DNA of 42,641 nucleotides from Hausera hauseri (Eukaryota): NCBI GenBank assembly GCA_046269625.1, contig JBJURY010444355.1, positions 1 to 42,641 of the forward strand, read 5' to 3'. Shown piece by piece: positions 22,101 to 29,157 of this stretch (position 1 is its first letter; each line of letters starts with the position of its first letter). The notes under the pieces were generated by a model. It saw only the letters and a program-made list of their open reading frames with translations, ran no database searches and was not told where the DNA came from. The position numbers and the translations under genes were made by a program.

Positions 22101-25100
22101 TCAGGATTCCCTCCTAAACCATTGAGGTGACTCAACAAGGGACCCATGTCAATTTTGATGGTGTCCAGAGAATCTAGCCCTTTCAGAGTGGCTCCACGTG
22201 TGGCACCGGCAGTAATCAGGAATGTATTGCCCTGATCGGCAGAGGTCTGTTTGCTCACCGTTACCGACTCCCCTCCGGAATTAGTCAGCGAAAATACATT
22301 CCCCCCCGAGTGCACCGCCATGTTCGCCATACCGCGATTACCATGATTGACGCTTTGCACATCACCATAGTAATTGTCGCGCGCTCCCAGATTTTTCCAC
22401 AGCGCACCACTGGACACATAAGTAAAGTCTGTGGCATCTACGGTCACACTCGTGGCCTCGCCCTTCTTGGAACTCATAAAACTTGAACCATTGGAAACAA
22501 AGCGCAGGCTGTTGTCCTGTAACCAGGCACCTTCAGCCAGATAAATATCAAACTGCTGGTTCGCCTTGGCATTTCCGACCATGTCTTTCAGACCGGTTAT
22601 TGCATTGCCGTAAATCTGCGAAAACCCGTAACGACCATCACCTGTGACAGCATTGATCTTCATGCCGCCAGAAGTGTTGGAAATGTTCCGTATGGTCGTA
22701 CTCCCGCCGCTCAGCCAGACATCGGCATTGCCAAAGGCTCCGTTGTTCGAAAGATTCACTTCCAGCACATTATGACCCCCCTGCACATCAATGTTCTGGT
22801 GTGCAATCGTCGATAAGGTCAACGTGTTGTTCCCGCCAGACAGCCAGGTGTCAGAGCCAGCCACCGTGTACAAGGTCGCACGATTGTTCCCGCCTGTCAG
22901 CTTCAGCGTCCCGGTATGCAGCGCGTACAAATCCAGCTTGTTCACATTGCTGTCATCGCCCGTTATGGTGGTATACACATGCAGCGCACGAACCCCCTTG
23001 AGTACATTGCTGGTGTTGCTGCTGGTGATGGTGGTATCCCCCGCACGATAGTCCTGGTTATCCAGTACCAGAGAGCCCCCGCTCTTGCCGATCACCGCAC
23101 TCGTGCCCGTACCCAGGGTAATCGTATCATTACCCTCTGCCATATCCAGCTTGATATTCCAGGCATTGCTCTTGGCCACCGTTTCATTCAGGTTGCCCCG
23201 TGACGTGATACCCGCATGCATCGCCAGATTATTCATCTCATACGTAACCCGACGTGTATCGGCATCAATATTGGCGCTACGCAAGGCTTCAACTGACACG
23301 TTAGCAGGAGCTCCCGTACCTGGATTGGTGGAAATCGATGCGTCATTCGCCGCCGGTGGAGTTCCCACTACATTGCTGGAGGTCATGCTGCTGCCCGTAT
23401 TGTTGTTGACTGCATCACTGGAGGTCATGCTGCTGCCCGTATTGTTGTTGACTGCCTCAATGGTAGGGACAATCCCATCAGACCGCTCAATCCCACCAGA
23501 CCGCTCAACATAAGCCTGATTACCCACATCCGTGGTCACGCCCCCAATGGTAATCCTGGTGAACCCGGCACGCTCCGCCGTAGACAGCAAATGCAGCTTG
23601 CCCCGGGTTTTGGTCACCTGGGTGTCAATGCCCGTGGTCAAATGCACCACATCACTGCCACCACCCAGGTCCAGACTGGTCAGCGTGCCGCCTGCATCCA
23701 CAAAAATCTCGTCGTTGCCCTCTCCCGCAATCTTGACCGTATTGCTCGTGGCAGCACCTACACGAACCGTAGTCTGACCTTTCGACCTTACATCCACATT
23801 CGTGGTCAACGTGGAACCCGACAAATCCAGTGACATGCTGTCAACCGAATCCGCCTTGAATGTCGTGTTATTCGCAGAAACAGTCACCTTCGCATTGCTC
23901 AGGTTGCCCGCATTGATCGTCGCATCACCCGTCAAATGAATATGCTCCGGATTTCCACCCACAACCAGCGACGGTCTCTCCGCCGTCGTCAGGTTCAGCG
24001 AACCGTTACCCTTGCTCACATTCAGGTTTTGACCCGTACGAACATACAGGCTGTCGTTCCCGTTGCCCAGCGTGACATCGTTCTGGATACCCGAATACAG
24101 GTAAACCTTGTCGTTTGATGTACCCTGCAAACTCACCGTGTTGCCAGAAAGTGAACCCGCATGGACCGTGACATCACCCTGCGCGTCATTGATCTTCACC
24201 GCCGTACTGTTGCCAGACCCGCTAAAATCAATCGTGGCATTATCTGCCCGCGCAGCCTCGAACGAACTGGTCAACCCCGCCGCCTTCACCGAGGCAGATG
24301 ACAGATTGGTCGCATTGATCTTGACCTTACCCGTCAGGTAATTCTCCGCCGTCAGACCCAGCGTGCCCGTACCCTTGCTCACCGTCAGGTCTTGCCCGGT
24401 CTTTAACCATACCGTGTCGTTCCCGTTGCCCAGATTAACCGTGTTGTACATCCCCGCATCAATATTCACGTCGTCATTCGAGGCACCCAACGTCACCGTG
24501 TTGCTGCCCGATGACCCCACCTTAACCTTCATGTCGCCCCTGGAATCATCTACCACCACCTTGGTGCTGACACCAGACCCCGTGAAATTGATCTGCCCAT
24601 TGTCCGCACGCACCGCATGAAACGCCGTATTCAACGCCGACAACTTAATATCGGTCGAATCCAGTACCCCAGCCTCAATCGAGGCATTACCGGTCAAATA
24701 CTGCTCATGCCCCACAACCAGCGCACCATCGCCCTTGTTCAACGTCAAGTCCTGACCCGTCTTGATCCACACATCATCCTTGCCATTACCCAGCGTCAGG
24801 CTGTTTTTCACCCCCGCATAAACCTTTACCGCATCATTCGATGACCCGAGCAGCTTCACCTCATTACGCACCGCCGACCCCACCCCAACAGTGGCATTTC
24901 CCCGCGTATCCTCTATCGTCACCGTCGTGCTCAACCCGGATCCTGCCAGATTCACCGAAGTGTTATCGCTGCGTCGCGCATACACCGACGCATGCGTCGC
25001 ACTCATGTCCACATTCAGGTTCGACAACACACCCGCCGTCACCGCAAAATCTCCGGCCAGTACCGTCAAAGCCTCCAGCTTCCCGAGAGACAGCTTCCCG

Positions 25101-26617
25101 TCTCCCTTGTTCACCTTCATTGCACCACCGTTACGCACGGCAACGCTGTCTTCCCCGTTCCCCAGATTCAGTTCCGTATAACGACCGCCCATCTCCACCC
25201 ACACGCTGTCGTTCGACTCACCAGACAGCGTCACCTTGTTCGTGCCCGGTGAAGCTATATGTATACTCGACCGTTCCAGTACCTTCGTACCAATCTCCAC
25301 AAACTCCGCACCATACAGGTTGACATCCAGATCACGGACAGACCACGCCTCAAAATACACCGACCAGGCGCTAAACCCGCCCGTGTACACACGTCCCAGC
25401 TCCTTGCCTCCTATCCGGAAGGCTCCGCCCAGACCACTGCCCTGTGAAAACTCCAGACTGCCGTTGTCCTTGTATATCTCCGCAGCCAACCCGTTGTTGA
25501 TCCACACATTGTCATCACCGCTCGCCAACTCCAGTTGCGTATGAGACCCTCCAGTCCACACCTTCACCGTGTCATTCGACCTCCCATACAACCGCACCCA
25601 GTTCCACTCGGCAGACCCCACCTGTACCGTCGCATTGCCATACGAATTGTCAATATGCACATCCGTCCATCTCAATGTCCCGGTAAAGTCAACATCAGTG
25701 CCCCCGCTACTGTGGGCATACAACTTGCTCGTCGCCGAACTCGATTTGTTGATGTTGATCCACGGCGCATCCCACAAGGCAATGTTGGTATAACCCGCAC
25801 GGTAAGCTCCCTGTGCAAGCTTAAATGTGCCATTACCATTTCTAATATTCACATCGATCCCGTTGTTGAGCCATATGCTGGCATCCCCGTTGCCCAGATT
25901 CAGCTCCGTATAACGACCGCCCATATCCACCCACACGCTGTCGTTCGAAGTGCCGGACAACGTCACCTTGTTCCACCCAGGTGATGCTACGTGTATGCCC
26001 GTGTACTCATGTGCCGCCGTACCAATCTCCACAGAGTCCAGCCCGTACAGGTTCACATCCATGGAGCGCACCGACCACGCACCCAGCCAAACCCTGTATG
26101 CCCCAAAATACGGACTGTACACGTGACCCAGATTCTTCCCGGCAATGTTCACCGTGCCCGTCATGTAATGACCCTGGGAAAAAGCCAGACTGCCATTGTC
26201 CTTGTTGATATCAGCGTTTATGCCACCATTGATCCGGAACCCGTCATCCCCGTCACCCAGATTCAATCCCGCATAATTGGTCAGCAAGCGATCAACATAC
26301 ACCGCGTCATTACCGTGCCCGCCGGTCACATACACATTGATTGCATCTAAATGGAAAGTCTGGCTGCCCCAACTCTCCTCGGTGTTCAGCCGGATATCAC
26401 GCATCGCCCAGAAATTATAGTTCCCGGAACTCCTCGCCAACGCGCGCACTTCTACCCACTGTGCACTGATCTTGTAGTTGACGACATTCGCTACGACGGT
26501 GCCACCCATTACACCGCAAACATAATCCCCATAAACGTTGACACTACCGTGCCAATCCCAACCATTGGGTTTCCAGTCCCATTGAGCATGCCACCACCAA
26601 TGTTCCAAATTAGCCAT
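13166..26617 (-). CDS. Giant (~4483 aa) RTX/MARTX-like secreted protein, paralog B
   Basis: 13.4-kb ORF. Start at MANLEH preceded by GAGGAGAAGGAAA. Same module order as paralog A: LamG-like [20 protein letters not shown]..VYVNG; hydrophobic segment ..[19 protein letters not shown]; motifs [27 protein letters not shown]; ends [10 protein letters not shown] versus [10 protein letters not shown]. Confidence 0.8.
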   Translation of the reverse strand: [4483 protein letters not shown]

Positions 26618-26620
26618 TTT
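22476..26620. repeat. Long direct repeat, copy 2 (partner 8738-12882)
   Basis: Same sequence as copy 1 shifted by 13738 bp; apparently identical core 22724-26461. Confidence 0.95.
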
Positions 26621-26768
26621 CCTTCTCCTCTTTAAAACTCCAATGCTCTCAAACCTTGCCAGTTGTTGACTAAATGTCACCTTAGAAAACGATAGCAAGT
26701 ACTCAAATCTCGGGCACAGACTCTCATACCGGATTATCGTGGGTCAAAAACTATTCACAGAAAAAAGC

Positions 26769-26824
26769 ACAACACAGGAGAAGTGTTGTAAAAAAATCAT
26801 ATTCTTGTGTCATTTACACAACAC
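26769..26824. promoter_or_regulatory. Candidate operator palindromes upstream of the giant-gene array
   Basis: ACAACAC-N7-GTGTTGT (26769-26789) and TTGTGT-N5-ACACAA (26805-26821), with a further ACAACAC at 26818-26824, in an AT-rich intergenic region. Confidence 0.35.
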
Positions 26825-26961
26825 TTTATGGAAAAAATGATTCCGATTAGAGGAGATACCGAAAAATATTGAGTCAGAACACAAAGTAATACACGCCGCT
26901 TTACCCCAAAACACAGATAAGCCGCACCAGAAGAAGAATATCTATATATTATTGTTTTTTT

Positions 26962-27978
26962 TCAACATGTTACATCAACTTGTGAAACATTGATTCGTGC
27001 CTGAGCCAGGGTTACACCACCAACCTCCGTTAGCACACGCCCACCTGACAGAGATTTCAACCTGGAATGCACATGAGTATACCCTTGCACCTCAAAGGTA
27101 TCTAACAAGCGGTCACTCAGGTCTTTACGATTACAGACCAGAACCATATCGCAACCGGCCTGCAATGCACTGCCTACCCGCTGTGCAACATCCCCGGCAA
27201 AAGCCGCCCCTTCCATGGACAAATCATCACTGAAGACCACACCACGAAATTGCAGATCATTCCGCAATATCTGCTGCAACCATACGGGGGAGAATCCTGC
27301 AGGCCTATCATCCACCTCACAATACACCACATGAGCCGCCATAATTGCCTGTATCCCCGAGCCAATCAAGCGCCTGAAAGGCAGCATATCCGCCTCCAAC
27401 GCCTTGTAATCACGACCATCTACGGGCAAACCCAGATGCGAATCTTCTGCAACATACCCATGCCCAGGGAAATGCTTGCCCACCGCAATCATCCCACCCG
27501 CAGCCAACCCTTGCATCAGAGAGTCAGCTAAAGCGCTGATTACCGCCACATCACGATGAAAGGCGCGATCGCCAATCACACTGCTGGTGCCAAAATCAAT
27601 ATCCAGCACGGGTGTAAAACTAAAATCTATCTGACAGTCACGTAAATCAGCAGCTAGTACCCACCCTGATTCAAACGCAAGCTGCAAAGCCAGGTCATTA
27701 TTTTTTTCCCACAGCCTACCCAAAGCACGCATAGGGGGTATCCGCGCAAACCCTTGCCGGAATCGCTGTACCCGACCCCCTTCATGATCAACAGCCACCA
27801 ACAAGGGCGGTTGCCGTAGTGCCCGGATATTGGCAACCAGTGCCCGGAGCTGCTCTACTGAATAAAAATTGCGACTGAATAAAATCACCCCACCCACACA
27901 AGGGTGCAGCAAGTGTTGGCTATCCTGAACCGACAACTCCACACCGGCAACATCTATCATCACTGGCCCTAGCAGCAT
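26962..27978 (-). CDS. nagZ: Beta-N-acetylhexosaminidase NagZ (GH3)
   Basis: GGVILFSRN, AVDHEGGRVQRF, KHFPGHG..DSH, FSDDLSMEGA and AGCDMVLVCN motifs. Start moved to MLLGPVM, preceded by GAGGAG. Confidence 0.93.
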   Translation of the reverse strand: MLLGPVMIDVAGVELSVQDSQHLLHPCVGGVILFSRNFYSVEQLRALVANIRALRQPPLLVAVDHEGGRVQRFRQGFARIPPMRALGRLWEKNNDLALQLAFESGWVLAADLRDCQIDFSFTPVLDIDFGTSSVIGDRAFHRDVAVISALADSLMQGLAAGGMIAVGKHFPGHGYVAEDSHLGLPVDGRDYKALEADMLPFRRLIGSGIQAIMAAHVVYCEVDDRPAGFSPVWLQQILRNDLQFRGVVFSDDLSMEGAAFAGDVAQRVGSALQAGCDMVLVCNRKDLSDRLLDTFEVQGYTHVHSRLKSLSGGRVLTEVGGVTLAQARINVSQVDVTC

Positions 27979-28062
27979 CTCGCGCTCCTCGACACAGCTC
28001 ATAATAAATTTGCACACACTTTTGTGATAACCACTGTCATATAATGAGGTTCAAATAACGTT

Positions 28063-28950
28063 CTATTCCAGAAAGACAGGTGTTCCCACCAACACAGCAT
28101 CAAACAGAACCATCACATCCGTATTCCGCATGCGGATACAACCATGAGAACGCGGCACACCAACCGGCTGATCATCTGGCGTACCATGAATGTATATAAA
28201 CCGGTTACGACTATCCACCGAACCAAAGCAATTCACCTGAGGCTGACAACCGGATAACCACAAAATGCGGGTGACAATCCAGTCACGAGAGGGATGTTGC
28301 GCCGCCAGCTCTGGTGTCCAGATTTTCCCGGTGGCACGACGTTGCTCAAACACCGTATTCACGGGCGCCCCATAGCCGAATTTTCCACACACCACATGTG
28401 CCCCTCGTGGTGTACATTCACTGCCAGACTGCTCCCCTACCCCCTTCCTGGCACTGGAAATGTCATAACCGGATATGGGAGTTCCCTGCCCATCCAATAG
28501 CAGCAAACGCTGTTTATCAATTTGAACATGGATCAACCCCAATGGCGGTGGATCTGTTGGCATCAGCAGTGACTGTGGTGACAATGTTGTCAGTTCCAGC
28601 GTGTTACCGTCCGGGTCACGGCAAAACAATGCTGCACGACCTGATTTGCTTTTGCTATATGGCACCCCATGTGTACGCAACACCTGCTCGGCATGCTCCA
28701 TATTGTCAATATATAACGCTGTATGACGATCTTGCCCGCCATGTTCCGGTCTTGCAGCCGCCGCATATGGGTCTTCTAGCTGCATCAGGTGTATCTGGCA
28801 ATCCCCAATGTCATACCATACCCCCGGATAAGCAAAATCAGGCCGTAACGGATTGGGAACCAACCCAAAAATGCTTTCATAAAAAGCTCTGGATCGAGAC
28901 AGGTCAGACACCAACAAACCACTGTGCATCAATTGCTTGATTCTGATCAT
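28063..28950 (-). CDS. Fusion: N-terminal VOC/glyoxalase domain + C-terminal YkuD (L,D-transpeptidase family, ElsL-like) domain
   Basis: VOC motifs HSGLLVSDL..SRAFY, GVWY..QIHL, GQDRHTAL, FCRDPDGNTLEL; then TPRG, IYIHGTPD and SHGCIRM (YkuD catalytic His/Cys) in one frame. AAGGAG RBS. Confidence 0.85.
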   Translation of the reverse strand: MIRIKQLMHSGLLVSDLSRSRAFYESIFGLVPNPLRPDFAYPGVWYDIGDCQIHLMQLEDPYAAAARPEHGGQDRHTALYIDNMEHAEQVLRTHGVPYSKSKSGRAALFCRDPDGNTLELTTLSPQSLLMPTDPPPLGLIHVQIDKQRLLLLDGQGTPISGYDISSARKGVGEQSGSECTPRGAHVVCGKFGYGAPVNTVFEQRRATGKIWTPELAAQHPSRDWIVTRILWLSGCQPQVNCFGSVDSRNRFIYIHGTPDDQPVGVPRSHGCIRMRNTDVMVLFDAVLVGTPVFLE

Positions 28951-29157
28951 CATCACTCCTTCACATAAATTTTGATATGAGCTTACCGCAGGTAATATCT
29001 GAATTTATAGCCCGTTGCTCAACCACCTAACCCCGATAAACAACACAATATCACAAGCGCTTACTATCTTTATGAATATAGCCATTCATACAAAAAAGAC
29101 CATTTATTATCGGGTTAAAACTGACCGAGAATAAACTGGAAAAATCGTGACGAAACC

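Noticed and set aside
565-26617. Naming the giants rtxA/MARTX, hlyA, fhaB or lapA
   Set aside because: No CPD, no canonical nonapeptide array, no Sec signal or TPS domain, and no Ig-like tandem repeats; only general resemblance.
8738-26620. Long direct repeats as IS ends, prophage att sites or a DGR template/variable pair
   Set aside because: The repeats are coding 5' halves of paralogs. No transposase, integrase or reverse transcriptase is present, and the differences are not adenine-specific.
955-26635. Many plus-strand ORFs inside the giant genes, including a 494-aa ORF at 14546-16030
   Set aside because: Antisense shadows of long coding frames, with no recognisable motifs; those within the repeat are simply duplicated with it.
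26618-26961. RfaH ops element for the long operon
   Set aside because: No GGCGGTAG-like motif found on the coding strand.
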